Below are positions 28,802 to 38,022 of a stretch of DNA of 64,000 nucleotides, one piece after another. The notes under the pieces are model-generated. The model saw only the letters and a program-made list of their open reading frames with translations. It did no database searches and was not told where the DNA came from. Position 1 is the first letter of the stretch; each line of letters starts with the position of its first letter. Source of the stretch: an uncultured Oscillospiraceae bacterium (GTDB lineage: Bacteria > Bacillota > Clostridia > Acetivibrionales > DTU013). A program made the position numbers and the translations under genes. Where the stretch lies: positions 5,488 through 69,487 of the forward strand of contig CAZPMC010000006.1 in NCBI GenBank assembly GCA_964587755.1, given 5' to 3'.

Positions 28802-29566
28802 ATGATGAGGTTAGACAGACTAAACAGTATGGAAGAGTATGTGCATGAATGCGGTAGTGTCTCTTTAAGCGACCTGGCTAAGAAATTCAATATTTCGATT
28901 AATACTGTTCGCCGGGATGTGGAGGAATTATTGGAACGGGGCACAATGAAAAAGGTGTACGGAGGCGTTGCATCTAACATAACTACACAAGTTATGCCTA
29001 TCAGTGACCGGGAAAACACTAATATTGCTGCAAAGCAGAGTATAGGGAAAATGGTTGCAAAGCTCATTGATAATGATTCAACGGTATTCATTGACTCGGG
29101 CTCAACACCTGCACAGGTTATTCAACACTTAGGCCAGAAAAACAATATAACTGTCATCACTAATAGTCTAAAAGCTATGTATGAGAGCTCAAAATATCCT
29201 AACATTAGGCTTTTAGGAATAGGAGGCTTGTACAATACCTTCAAAGGCTCTTTTGTCGGTTCCAGCACATTAGAAAACATTTCGAAACTAAATTTCGATG
29301 TAGTTCTTCTTGGTTCCACTTGTATTTCCTTAGAAAATGGGCTGACAATAAACTCATTTTTCGAAGTTGATATTAAAAGATGGCTTGTTCAGCATAACAA
29401 ACGTACTATATTAATGGCTGACACAAGCAAATATGATAAGACGGCTCTTTACTCCTTCAGTGATTTTAGCGATGTAAAGATTGTTGCTGCTGAGAAGCCT
29501 TTGCCCCCAAGGTACATGAAAGAGATTTCTGAGCGCGGCATGACCTTCCTTTGCCCGGATAATTAA
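28802..29566 (+). CDS. DeoR-family transcriptional regulator
   Basis: N-terminal HTH (VSLSDLAKKFNISINTVRRDVEELLERG) and a C-terminal DeoR sugar-phosphate-binding-type domain. Confidence 0.88.
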   Translation: MMRLDRLNSMEEYVHECGSVSLSDLAKKFNISINTVRRDVEELLERGTMKKVYGGVASNITTQVMPISDRENTNIAAKQSIGKMVAKLIDNDSTVFIDSGSTPAQVIQHLGQKNNITVITNSLKAMYESSKYPNIRLLGIGGLYNTFKGSFVGSSTLENISKLNFDVVLLGSTCISLENGLTINSFFEVDIKRWLVQHNKRTILMADTSKYDKTALYSFSDFSDVKIVAAEKPLPPRYMKEISERGMTFLCPDN

Positions 29567-29589
29567 ATATGAAAGGCAGGAGTACTCAT

Positions 29590-30489
29590 ATGAAAACTAT
29601 TATAGATGAAGTCACCGTTACACAGGTGATTTCAAAATTCATCACTTATTTTGCCAAGGTACTTCCTGATGATATAATAGCAAAGCTTCAAGAATTAAGA
29701 ACGCTGGAAACAGATGAATTGCCGGCGCTTATATATGATACTATGATCAAAAATCAGGAGCTGGCACAAAAGCTCGACAGGCCAAGCTGCCAGGATACAG
29801 GCGTAATACAGTTCTTTCCGAAGGCAGGTACAGCGTTTCCGCTGATTGACAGGTTACCTGATATATTTAAAAATGCAGTTTTAAGTGCGACGGTAAATGC
29901 ACCGTTGCGTCATAACGCAGTTGAAACATTCGACGAGAAAAATACAGGAAACAACACAGGCTACCGTGTGCCTACTATTGAATGGGAGATTGTACCCAAT
30001 TCTGATGAGCTTATTTTAGATATTTATATGGCAGGAGGAGGCTGTACTCTTCCAGGAAAAGCAATGGTGCTTATGCCGGGTGCCGGCTATGAAGGGGTAG
30101 TTGATTTTGTGTTGGATGTAATAACTTCTTATGGCATTAATGCATGTCCGCCCCTTGTTGTAGGAGTTGGAGTGGCAACCTCTGTTGAAACTGCTGCAAT
30201 GTTATCAAAAAAAGCAATTCTCAGACCTCTTGGTTCGAGAAATCCAAACGAACGGGCAGCGATGCTGGAAGCCCTTCTTGAGGAAGGAATCAATTCAATT
30301 GGTATTGGACCTCAGGGATTGTCCGGCAGGAAATCTGTTTTGGGCGTACATATCGAAAATGCAGCACGCCATCCATCAACCATAGGTGTAGCAGTAAATG
30401 TAGGCTGCTGGTCTCATAGGCGCGGACGCATCATTTTTAAGGCAGATGGCATATATGAAATTGTTTCGCATAAGGGGGTGCGTCTATGA
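29590..30489 (+). CDS. Fe-S hydro-lyase alpha subunit (class I fumarase / L(+)-tartrate dehydratase TtdA-like)
   Basis: The SCQDTGV motif is typical of the class I fumarate/tartrate hydro-lyase N-terminal domain. AGGAG sits 7 nt upstream of ATG 29590. Confidence 0.75.
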   Translation: MKTIIDEVTVTQVISKFITYFAKVLPDDIIAKLQELRTLETDELPALIYDTMIKNQELAQKLDRPSCQDTGVIQFFPKAGTAFPLIDRLPDIFKNAVLSATVNAPLRHNAVETFDEKNTGNNTGYRVPTIEWEIVPNSDELILDIYMAGGGCTLPGKAMVLMPGAGYEGVVDFVLDVITSYGINACPPLVVGVGVATSVETAAMLSKKAILRPLGSRNPNERAAMLEALLEEGINSIGIGPQGLSGRKSVLGVHIENAARHPSTIGVAVNVGCWSHRRGRIIFKADGIYEIVSHKGVRL

Positions 30490-31094
30490 AGCATGTATTG
30501 ACTACACCGATCAAGGATACTGACATAGAGAAGCTTAAAATCGGGGACGTCATTTACCTGACCGGTCATATTGTGACCTGTCGTGATGTAGGACATCGCC
30601 GCCTAATTGAAGAAAAAAGGGCATTACCTGTAGATTTAGCAAACGGGGCAATCTTTCATGCAGGCCCGATTGTCAAAAAGCATGAAGACGGCCGGTATTC
30701 TATGGTTTCTATCGGACCCACTACAAGCATGAGGATGGAAAAGTTTGAGAAGGATTTTATTGAACAGACGGGCGTTAAGCTTATTGTGGGCAAGGGTGGA
30801 ATGGGTGAGAAAACCGTATCAGGATGCAAACAGTTTAAGGCAATTCACTGTGTATTTCCGGCAGGATGTGCAGTACTTGCAGCAACACAGGTGGAAGAGG
30901 TTGAAAGAGTTGAGTGGACAGAATTGGGAATGCCCGAAAGCCTTTGGGTAATGAGGGTAAAGGAACTAGGGCCCCTTATAGTTTCAATCGATATACACGG
31001 AAATAATATCTTTGAAAATAACAAAAAAATATTCAATGAAAGAAAAAAGAATGTTATAGAAAAGATACATAAAAATGTTGGCTTCATAAAATAG
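30486..31094 (+). CDS. Fe-S hydro-lyase beta subunit (TtdB / fumarase C-terminal domain-like)
   Basis: 202 aa with [13 protein letters not shown] overlap with the alpha subunit gene. Confidence 0.75.
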   Translation: MKHVLTTPIKDTDIEKLKIGDVIYLTGHIVTCRDVGHRRLIEEKRALPVDLANGAIFHAGPIVKKHEDGRYSMVSIGPTTSMRMEKFEKDFIEQTGVKLIVGKGGMGEKTVSGCKQFKAIHCVFPAGCAVLAATQVEEVERVEWTELGMPESLWVMRVKELGPLIVSIDIHGNNIFENNKKIFNERKKNVIEKIHKNVGFIK

Positions 31095-31118
31095 ATAAAG
31101 TAATTAAGGAGGCAGGAA

Positions 31119-31778
31119 ATGGAGCTTAATCGTTATTTAGATCATTCAGTACTAATTCCCAATCTAACTAAGGAAGAGGCGCGGGAAGGCATACAAATAG
31201 GGTTGGATCATAACGTCAGATCTGTTTGTGTACGTCCCTGTGATATTGACATGGCTGTGAGCATGTGCAAGGGAACAGATACAGCGGTATGCTGCGTTTT
31301 GGATTTTCCTCATGGCACAGGCGGGGCTTTAGCAAAAGAGGCTCTTGCTAAGATCTATGTAGATCAGGGCGTTGAGGAGATTGATATGGTTATGGATTAC
31401 TCCGCAGCCCGCTCGGATAGGTGGGACGTTGTGGAGGAGGGAATAAAACGGGTTGTTCAAGTGGCGCGCCCGAAAAATGTAATCGTTAAGGTTATATTCG
31501 AAACAAGCGAGCTTTCCAAAGAGCAAATTGAAAAGGCAACGGCTGCATCAATTTCTGCAGGTGCAGATTTTATAAAGAGTTCGACAGGCTTTGCCGGAAA
31601 TGTCACCGAAGAAGCTGTAAGATACATGATGGATGCAGCGGCAGGAAAAATCCAGGTCAAAGTCTCAGGCGGGATACCCAATTATCAGATGGCGAAGAAG
31701 TTTATCGAAATGGGTGCAACACGCCTGGGTGTAAAATACAGTGTGACTCCTGTATGGATGAGTGAATGCAGCCGCTAA
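31119..31778 (+). CDS. deoC: deoxyribose-phosphate aldolase (DeoC family)
   Basis: 219 aa. LDHSVL, VCVRP, VLDFPHG, and the Schiff-base region ADFIKSSTGF. Confidence 0.85.
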   Translation: MELNRYLDHSVLIPNLTKEEAREGIQIGLDHNVRSVCVRPCDIDMAVSMCKGTDTAVCCVLDFPHGTGGALAKEALAKIYVDQGVEEIDMVMDYSAARSDRWDVVEEGIKRVVQVARPKNVIVKVIFETSELSKEQIEKATAASISAGADFIKSSTGFAGNVTEEAVRYMMDAAAGKIQVKVSGGIPNYQMAKKFIEMGATRLGVKYSVTPVWMSECSR

Positions 31779-31857
31779 GAGCTGACATCTTCATGCAACG
31801 GAGTAATGCCGGAAACAGGCTGTAAGAAATAAGTCTCGCTGAAATGTAGCAGCCAAG

Positions 31858-31911
31858 AGTGCTTAGAAAAAACCGGCAGTGCCATTTGTTCCGGTTATGT
31901 TTCTAAGCACT
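31858..31911. terminator. long nested hairpin between convergent deoC and the chemoreceptor gene
   Basis: Perfect 12-bp outer stem AGTGCTTAGAAA/TTTCTAAGCACT, plus an inner AACCGG/CCGGTT stem. Confidence 0.6.
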
Positions 31912-31939
31912 TACTGTACTGCCCCAACCCTTGCCAATT

Positions 31940-33658
31940 TCACAGTTTAAATTGATGAATTATCTGCTTTAGCTGGTCTGCCATATCTGACAGAATGTTT
32001 GCTGAGGATGATATTTCTTCAAGGCCGGCTGTTTGCTCTTCTGCAGCCGAAGCGACATTTTCACTGTCATTGGAAGATTGTATGGCAATATCCTTCATTT
32101 CCTGGATCATAGAGTCGATTCTTTGCATTGCATCAGCCATTATTTCTATCTCAGTGGAAATATCTTTAATCTGCTGGTCTACATTTACGCTTGTTTTGAT
32201 GATACGGCCGAACGCTTCTTTAGCGTCTTCAGCCTTTTGCAATCCGTCATTTACGCTGATAACACCTTCATTCATTTTAGCGGCTACTTCTTTGGAAAAC
32301 TGTTTTACTTCGTTGAGTATAGTTGTTATCTCTTTCGTTGCAAGAGCTGTCTCTTCAGCCAACTTACGGACTTCTTCGGCAACAACGGAAAAACCTTTTC
32401 CATGCTCGCCTGCTCTTGCTGCTTCAATAGCCGCATTTAGAGCAAGCAGATTTGTCTGCGAAGCAATATTGTTAATTGCAGTTACGATACTCTCAATCTC
32501 TTTTGATCTTGAGTCCAGTAATCCGGATACATCTTGGGTTGACAGCAATTTCCCTTCTATATCTTTAATTTTCTCCAACATAGTTATCATTCTTTCATTT
32601 CCGTTGGCAGCGGCCTGAGTGGCTTCCCTGGAGGATTCTAGCACTGATTGGGCCTGTTCTTTCATATACAAGTTCTTTTTGTAAAAATCATTTACTGTTG
32701 AAGTGGTTTGATACGAATGCTCAGTCTGTTTTGCCGCTCCATGGGCGACCGATTGAATAGAGGTGGCAATAAGCTCAAGTGCCTTACTGCTTTGCTCTAC
32801 ATTTGCTTTCAAAAGTTCTGCAGAAAGGCTCACATCATCACTGCTGGTACTAATCCTTCCAACAAGGTCTCTCAGGTTTTCACACATTTTGTTAAAAGAG
32901 GCAGCTAAGACAGATAGCTCATCCTTAGATTTCACACTGATGTTCTCAACATTTAGTTCGCCCTTTGATATCTTATGAGCATTTGAAGCTAATTTCGAAA
33001 TAGTTCTGGCTATATTTCTGGAGAACAAAACAGACCATAATATACTTAAAGTCGTAAATGCAAGAGTTAAAACAATTAGAATAGTGCCGGTGAGCTTTGT
33101 TTTTTTGTTTAGTTCCTCTTTTATTATTTCATGTTGGGATAATTCACTGTTGATAAAATTACTGACGGTATTGCGTAAGAAAATCTGGGTTGACTTTTGC
33201 ATTGCCCCAAGATCCATGAGCCCGCTTACATCATTACCCTCATCTGCACCCTTTTGTATCAGCTCCCAATTCTCTAATGCTGTTTGATAATGTTTATCAA
33301 GGTACTTTAATGCTTGCTTGCCTGAATCACTTTCTACATTCAGCGAAAGTTCTTTAATATTGTTACCGATTAACATAAACCCGTCGGATATTTCCTGTTT
33401 AGCATTATAATCATTTTTCAAAATGAATTTATCCATTTTGTTGGAAATCATATCTAATGATGCCACAGATATTGCATTTAGCAAAATTGTAGTTTCCATC
33501 ATTGTATCCTGCTTTGAAATAATCCCGCTCAAAGCTGTATATGATATTATACACATTGAACTAAGAATATAAGCTATTAATACAAAAACCAAAATAAGTC
33601 TTGCTTTTAATGATTTGCGAACGTTAAGTTTCCCGGCTAAAAGTTTTATTATATTCAT
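31940..33658 (-). CDS. methyl-accepting chemotaxis protein
   Basis: 572 aa. Two TM segments flank an extracellular domain of about 150 aa, followed by a HAMP domain. Contains the highly conserved MA hairpin [35 protein letters not shown]. Confidence 0.92.
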   Translation of the reverse strand: MNIIKLLAGKLNVRKSLKARLILVFVLIAYILSSMCIISYTALSGIISKQDTMMETTILLNAISVASLDMISNKMDKFILKNDYNAKQEISDGFMLIGNNIKELSLNVESDSGKQALKYLDKHYQTALENWELIQKGADEGNDVSGLMDLGAMQKSTQIFLRNTVSNFINSELSQHEIIKEELNKKTKLTGTILIVLTLAFTTLSILWSVLFSRNIARTISKLASNAHKISKGELNVENISVKSKDELSVLAASFNKMCENLRDLVGRISTSSDDVSLSAELLKANVEQSSKALELIATSIQSVAHGAAKQTEHSYQTTSTVNDFYKKNLYMKEQAQSVLESSREATQAAANGNERMITMLEKIKDIEGKLLSTQDVSGLLDSRSKEIESIVTAINNIASQTNLLALNAAIEAARAGEHGKGFSVVAEEVRKLAEETALATKEITTILNEVKQFSKEVAAKMNEGVISVNDGLQKAEDAKEAFGRIIKTSVNVDQQIKDISTEIEIMADAMQRIDSMIQEMKDIAIQSSNDSENVASAAEEQTAGLEEISSSANILSDMADQLKQIIHQFKL

Positions 33659-33688
33659 TTATGTTTCTCTTCCCTAAATTATGCTAAT

Positions 33689-33706
33689 ATAGTCAGATAT
33701 GACTAT
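33689..33706. promoter_or_regulatory. 18-bp palindrome ATAGTCA-GATA-TGACTAT at the rpiB/mcp junction
   Basis: Perfect 7-bp inverted repeat overlapping the rpiB stop codon. It shares the TGACTA core with the direct repeats at 35205-35223. Confidence 0.3.
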
Positions 33707-34164
33707 TCGCTCAGGGCTCCAGTTTCTTCAATTTGTGAAATCATATCTATACGACTTTGGTGGGGGTCACCGAGAAATTCACCATTTAGCCATTGGTCGA
33801 CAATCATTTTAGCAAGCTCTCCTCCGACAACTCTTGTCCCGAGGGCAAGCATATTCGCATCATTGTGTTGCCTGGACATTAGTGCTGAATATGGTTCAGA
33901 GCAGCATACACAGCGTATCCCCTTAACCTTGTTGGCAGCTATGGAAATGCCAACTCCTGTGCCGCAAAAAAGGATACCTCTTTCACATACTCCGTCCTTT
34001 ACAGCATTGGCTGCCTTCAGTGCATAAACAGGATAATCGCACGGCTCGGTATCATATGAGCCGAAATCTTTGTATTCGATTCCTTTAGAATCAAGGTACT
34101 CCATAATAATTTTTTTAAGGGTAAATCCAACAAAATCACTGGCAAGTGCTATCATAGTATTCAT
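33703..34164 (-). CDS. rpiB: RpiB/LacAB-family sugar-phosphate isomerase
   Basis: 153 aa. GILFCGTGVGISIAANK and the C-terminal HQSRI region are typical of RpiB. Confidence 0.85.
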   Translation of the reverse strand: MNTMIALASDFVGFTLKKIIMEYLDSKGIEYKDFGSYDTEPCDYPVYALKAANAVKDGVCERGILFCGTGVGISIAANKVKGIRCVCCSEPYSALMSRQHNDANMLALGTRVVGGELAKMIVDQWLNGEFLGDPHQSRIDMISQIEETGALSE

Positions 34165-34174
34165 CTCCCGTTCT

Positions 34175-35044
34175 TTAAATGTTCTTTAAATGTGATATGC
34201 TGTTTTTTGCGGCTGTTACACCATCAGGTATCGGAAGGCATTCAACAGAAACGTATCCTTTGTAGGAAATTTTATTGAGTGCATCCAATACCTTCTTAAA
34301 ATCGATACTGCCCTCACCGCATGTACGGCGGGTATTATCCGCAACGTGAATATAGCCAAGTTTGTCCGAGCACAATAAAATCGCCTCTTCCATGCTGCTT
34401 TCTTCTATATTCATATGGAAAGTGTCTAAATGAACGAACAAATACTCGCTATTAAATTTATTTATGTATTCAAGTGTTTCTTTTGCGGTATTTAAGTAAT
34501 TGTTTTCGTATCTATTGATTACCTCAAGATAAATAGGTACTTCCTTAGACTCGCTATAAGAGAGGATTTCTTGTAAGCATTCAGCCATGCGTTGGTCCTC
34601 TTGTACTCTATTATCGGGGTCGGGAATTATACCGCGCATGCTGCCGATTATAACCCCGCACTTTAAAATCTCGCACCAGTCAATAAATTCCTTAATGCGT
34701 TTAACTGCGGCAGCTCGTACCTTAGGATCCTCATCAATAAAGCATAGCTTTTCTACCAGCTTGGAAAGGCCGGTGGCCACAGCAGAAATATTGATGCCGA
34801 ATTCCCGACAAAGCTCGGCAATTTCTTGTACAGGTGCATCCTTAGGAGTAAGAAGATGAAGCTCCAACGCATCATAACCAAGTTTTTTTGCTTGTTCAAA
34901 CAGGGGGCGCATGGGATTGCTGCAAAGCAAAACAGGTGCACCCTTAAGAGCCCAAGGAGCGGCGCTTACAGAAAATTTGAAGTTATTTACTGATTCTTGT
35001 GAGTAATTGCTCGTATCTTGTACTAAAGTGTCTACAGAATGCAA
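34175..35044 (-). CDS. xylose isomerase-like TIM-barrel protein (sugar phosphate isomerase/epimerase family)
   Basis: 289 aa. Has the pattern YDALELH...LEVINRYE..HLDTFHMNIEE..HVADN, characteristic of AP_endonuc_2/xylose-isomerase-like TIM barrels. Confidence 0.75.
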   Translation of the reverse strand: MHSVDTLVQDTSNYSQESVNNFKFSVSAAPWALKGAPVLLCSNPMRPLFEQAKKLGYDALELHLLTPKDAPVQEIAELCREFGINISAVATGLSKLVEKLCFIDEDPKVRAAAVKRIKEFIDWCEILKCGVIIGSMRGIIPDPDNRVQEDQRMAECLQEILSYSESKEVPIYLEVINRYENNYLNTAKETLEYINKFNSEYLFVHLDTFHMNIEESSMEEAILLCSDKLGYIHVADNTRRTCGEGSIDFKKVLDALNKISYKGYVSVECLPIPDGVTAAKNSISHLKNI

Positions 35045-35204
35045 TTTATTTACCCCCTCTTGATTAATTAAAAATTTAAAAGTTGTTAATTAAGTGGCAA
35101 TGCTACTTATAATATAAATATATAAGATACATCATCTAATTGCAAGCAAATATGATATAAATATAACAAAAACATTATCAAAATAATTGAAAATCAACAA
35201 GGAC

Positions 35205-35223
35205 ATGACTAATTTATGACTAA
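35205..35223. repeat. direct repeat ATGACTAA x2 with 11-bp phasing, candidate operator
   Basis: ATGACTAAtttATGACTAA ends 7 nt upstream of the -35 box of the hydantoinase promoter, in a divergent intergenic region. Confidence 0.4.
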
Positions 35224-35229
35224 ATGTAA

Positions 35230-35258
35230 TTGAAAAATATATAAGGTTATGGTAGAAT
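35230..35258 (+). promoter_or_regulatory. sigma-A promoter of the hydantoinase-like gene
   Basis: TTGAAA (35230-35235), 17-nt spacer, and an extended -10 TGgTAGAAT (35250-35258). Confidence 0.6.
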
Positions 35259-35302
35259 TCAGATGTAGATATTTGTATACTTAATCATATGGAGGCAAAG
35301 GC

Positions 35303-36601
35303 ATGTATGATATAAAAATAGTCGGCGGTCAGCTCTATATTGATGGAAAATGGAGTGAACAAAATTTATATATAAAGGGCGAAAAGATATCACAAATATC
35401 TGAAGCTGATTTGGATGCCAAAGAATCCTATGATGCAAGTGGAGCTTACATAATACCCGGCTTGATTGACAGTCATGTACACCTGGCAAGTCCCGGAAGC
35501 TCTTCTCCTTCCGATGACTTTTATTCGGGGAGTATTGCTGCTGTCAAAGGAGGGGTTACAACATTAATTGATTTTGTTGCCGAAAGGCGTTTGCCCGAAG
35601 AGATTGAGAGTGCATTTAATAAGAGAATGAAGGATGCTGAAGAGTGTGTAATAGACTATGCCTTTCATTGTGGTCTGTATCAGCCTGAAAACATTCCGGA
35701 GATTTCAAGAATATGCCTGTCTCTTGGCATACCATCGGTAAAGCTATATACTACCTATAGAAAAGAAGGCATTTATTCTGATGACAAGCATCTTTACGAG
35801 GTTTTAAAGCGTACCTCTGAAAAGGATATGATTGCACTTGTCCATACTGAAAACGATAATCTTACTTATCCAGAGTTTAATCTAATGGAACAATACGCCC
35901 AGCGACGGCCGGAAATCTGTGAAATATCTGAGGCGGTAAAGCTGGCTGAAATGACATCTTACAGTGGAGGACAGACTTATATGGTGCACGTTAGCTGCGG
36001 AAGCACCGTAACTGAGCTAAAAAATAGATTTGCAGACATTTTGAACACCTCCTTAATACTTGAAAGCTGTCCCCACTATTTCCTTTTTGACGATTCCATA
36101 TATAAATGTAATGATTCTTATCTTTATACAATGACGCCGCCTTTAAGAAATAAAAACGAAAGGCAAAGACTTATTGACAACATTGATTCAATCTATACCA
36201 TAAGTACAGATCACTGCCCGTTTGTAAGTTCTGAAAAAAATGTGAGCATTGATAACATCCCTATGGGTATCGGAGGGCTTGGCTACAGCTTCCAACAAAT
36301 GTACAGGCTTTTTGGCGTCTCAATAATAGACCTTTTTACTCAAAACCAGTCTAAAATCCACGGTATGTATCCGCGGAAGGGAGTTTTAGCAGAGGGCTCT
36401 GATGCTGATATAGCGATTTTTGAACGTATTGAGCCAGCCTTAAGCAAAGATATAAGGGGCAAATCAGACTATTCTATTTTCAAAGGTCTGGAAGAGACGA
36501 TTTATATACATACTGTATTAAGCAGAGGGGAATTTGTTATGAAAAACGGCGTATTAAATGCCGTGAAGGGGCACGGGCAATATATCAGGCGGAAATTATA
36601 A
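35303..36601 (+). CDS. cyclic amidohydrolase, D-hydantoinase/dihydropyrimidinase-like (HyuA-like)
   Basis: 432 aa. PGLIDSHVHL, SVKLYTTY (position of the carbamylated Lys), VHTEN and STDHCPF. Confidence 0.8.
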   Translation: MYDIKIVGGQLYIDGKWSEQNLYIKGEKISQISEADLDAKESYDASGAYIIPGLIDSHVHLASPGSSSPSDDFYSGSIAAVKGGVTTLIDFVAERRLPEEIESAFNKRMKDAEECVIDYAFHCGLYQPENIPEISRICLSLGIPSVKLYTTYRKEGIYSDDKHLYEVLKRTSEKDMIALVHTENDNLTYPEFNLMEQYAQRRPEICEISEAVKLAEMTSYSGGQTYMVHVSCGSTVTELKNRFADILNTSLILESCPHYFLFDDSIYKCNDSYLYTMTPPLRNKNERQRLIDNIDSIYTISTDHCPFVSSEKNVSIDNIPMGIGGLGYSFQQMYRLFGVSIIDLFTQNQSKIHGMYPRKGVLAEGSDADIAIFERIEPALSKDIRGKSDYSIFKGLEETIYIHTVLSRGEFVMKNGVLNAVKGHGQYIRRKL

Positions 36602-36632
36602 TTCGGCAACTTATTCTATTAACATAAAAGAT

Positions 36633-36661
36633 TTGACAATTCTAGCGTGTGCATATATACT
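36633..36661 (+). promoter_or_regulatory. sigma-A promoter of the BMP-type ABC transporter block
   Basis: TTGACA (36633-36638), 17-nt spacer, TATACT (36656-36661). Gives a 5' UTR of about 160 nt. Confidence 0.6.
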
Positions 36662-36677
36662 ATAAACACACAAAGAT

Positions 36678-36703
36678 GTAACTAAAAATTATGCCACAGT
36701 TAC
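36678..36703. promoter_or_regulatory. inverted repeat GTAACT-N14-AGTTAC just downstream of the promoter
   Basis: 6-bp perfect arms located at about +15 to +40 relative to the predicted transcription start. Confidence 0.3.
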
Positions 36704-36825
36704 TAACCACATTACAAAAATATAACAATACATAAATTATTAATCCTGTATATAATATGCTAATTTTCAAACTTTTATATTTGTTAGGTACCGTCAAGGG
36801 ATCAAAATAAAAAGGAGGAAATTCA

Positions 36826-37923
36826 ATGAAAAGGGTATTAAATGGAAAACTAGCAATGTTGTTAGTACTCGTACTGGTTGTATCGTTGTTCGCAGGATGT
36901 GGAAGCGCTAATAAGCAAACTCCATCTGATACAACGACACCGGCGGCGGAAACTACACAAGCAGAAGCAACTCAACAGGAAGAAGCACAAGATGAAAAGT
37001 TAACAATGGTCATGATTACAGATGCAGGCGGCCTAGGCGACAAAGGCTTTAACGACATCATCTGGAAGGGCATGGAGAAGGCAAGAGATGACCTCGGATT
37101 TGAGATCGCAGTCATTGAGTCAAGCGAAGCCGCACAATACGGTCCTAACATAGCAGCGGCAGCAGAGCAGGGATATGACATAGTTGTACTGGTTGGATTC
37201 TTGTTCACTGACGTACTTGCACAGGTTGCACCTCAATATCCGGACACTCATTTTGTAATGATAGACGGTGAAGTACCGGGTGACAATGTTTATTCATTCA
37301 AGTTTGAGCTTCAGCAATCAGGCTTCTTAGCCGGAGCACTTGCAGGCCTAATGAGCGAATCAAACAAATTCGGCGTTGTAGGTGGAATGGAAATACCTGA
37401 CGTTGTAGCTTGGGAATCAGGCTTTGCTTCCGGAATCAAAACTACACGTCCTGACTCTGAAATCAATATCACATACGTCGGCTCATTCGCTGACCCGGGT
37501 AAAGCCAAAGAATTAGCTCTTGCACATTTCAATAACGGCGCAGACATCTGCATGGAAATTTCCAGCGGTGGTGCGATTGGCGTTATAGAAGCAGCACGTG
37601 ATGCCAACAAAAAATTCGTTGCAACAGATAGCAGTAAAGATGAATTAGCTCCCGGACATGAGTTTACAGCAGCTCTTGCAAAAAGAGACGAAGCCGTATA
37701 CGCAGTTGCAAAAATGATTAAAGAAGGAACAGCAAAACCAGGCATCACTTACCTCTCAATGAAAGACGGTATCTTCGGTTTGCCAGAAGACACAGAAGAA
37801 AGATATGGAAGCGAAGCAGCAGCAACTATTGAAAAACTCAAGGAAATGATCTTAAGCGGAGAACTTGTCGTACCTAAGACAAAAGAACAGGTTGCAGCAT
37901 ACGAACCACCAACACTTGATTAA
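36826..37923 (+). CDS. BMP-family ABC substrate-binding lipoprotein (PnrA/nucleoside-binding type)
   Basis: Lipobox LFAGCGS, a Thr/Glu/Gln-rich linker, DAGGLGDKGFND and the GVVGGMEIP pattern typical of Bmp/PnrA proteins. Confidence 0.85.
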   Translation: MKRVLNGKLAMLLVLVLVVSLFAGCGSANKQTPSDTTTPAAETTQAEATQQEEAQDEKLTMVMITDAGGLGDKGFNDIIWKGMEKARDDLGFEIAVIESSEAAQYGPNIAAAAEQGYDIVVLVGFLFTDVLAQVAPQYPDTHFVMIDGEVPGDNVYSFKFELQQSGFLAGALAGLMSESNKFGVVGGMEIPDVVAWESGFASGIKTTRPDSEINITYVGSFADPGKAKELALAHFNNGADICMEISSGGAIGVIEAARDANKKFVATDSSKDELAPGHEFTAALAKRDEAVYAVAKMIKEGTAKPGITYLSMKDGIFGLPEDTEERYGSEAAATIEKLKEMILSGELVVPKTKEQVAAYEPPTLD

Positions 37924-37981
37924 ACTAATTACAGATCCAGCAAAGAACAAAAATCGGTGAGAACGTCTTCATTAAGCAGAC

Positions 37982-38006
37982 AAGCCTTCTCAATTTGAGA
38001 AGGCTT
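37982..38006 (+). other. perfect intercistronic hairpin after the binding-protein gene
   Basis: AAGCCTTCTCA-att-TGAGAAGGCTT (11-bp stem) with no following T-run. Lies 16 nt upstream of the ATPase start codon. Confidence 0.6.
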
Positions 38007-38022
38007 CCTGCGGGGAGGTTTA

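Noticed and set aside
15130-36690. A recurring ATGTAA hexamer in island intergenic regions (about 15133, 15388 on the reverse strand, 35223, 36676) as a shared operator.
   Set aside because: An AT-rich hexamer in AT-rich intergenic DNA has high chance expectation, and there is no consistent spacing or symmetry.
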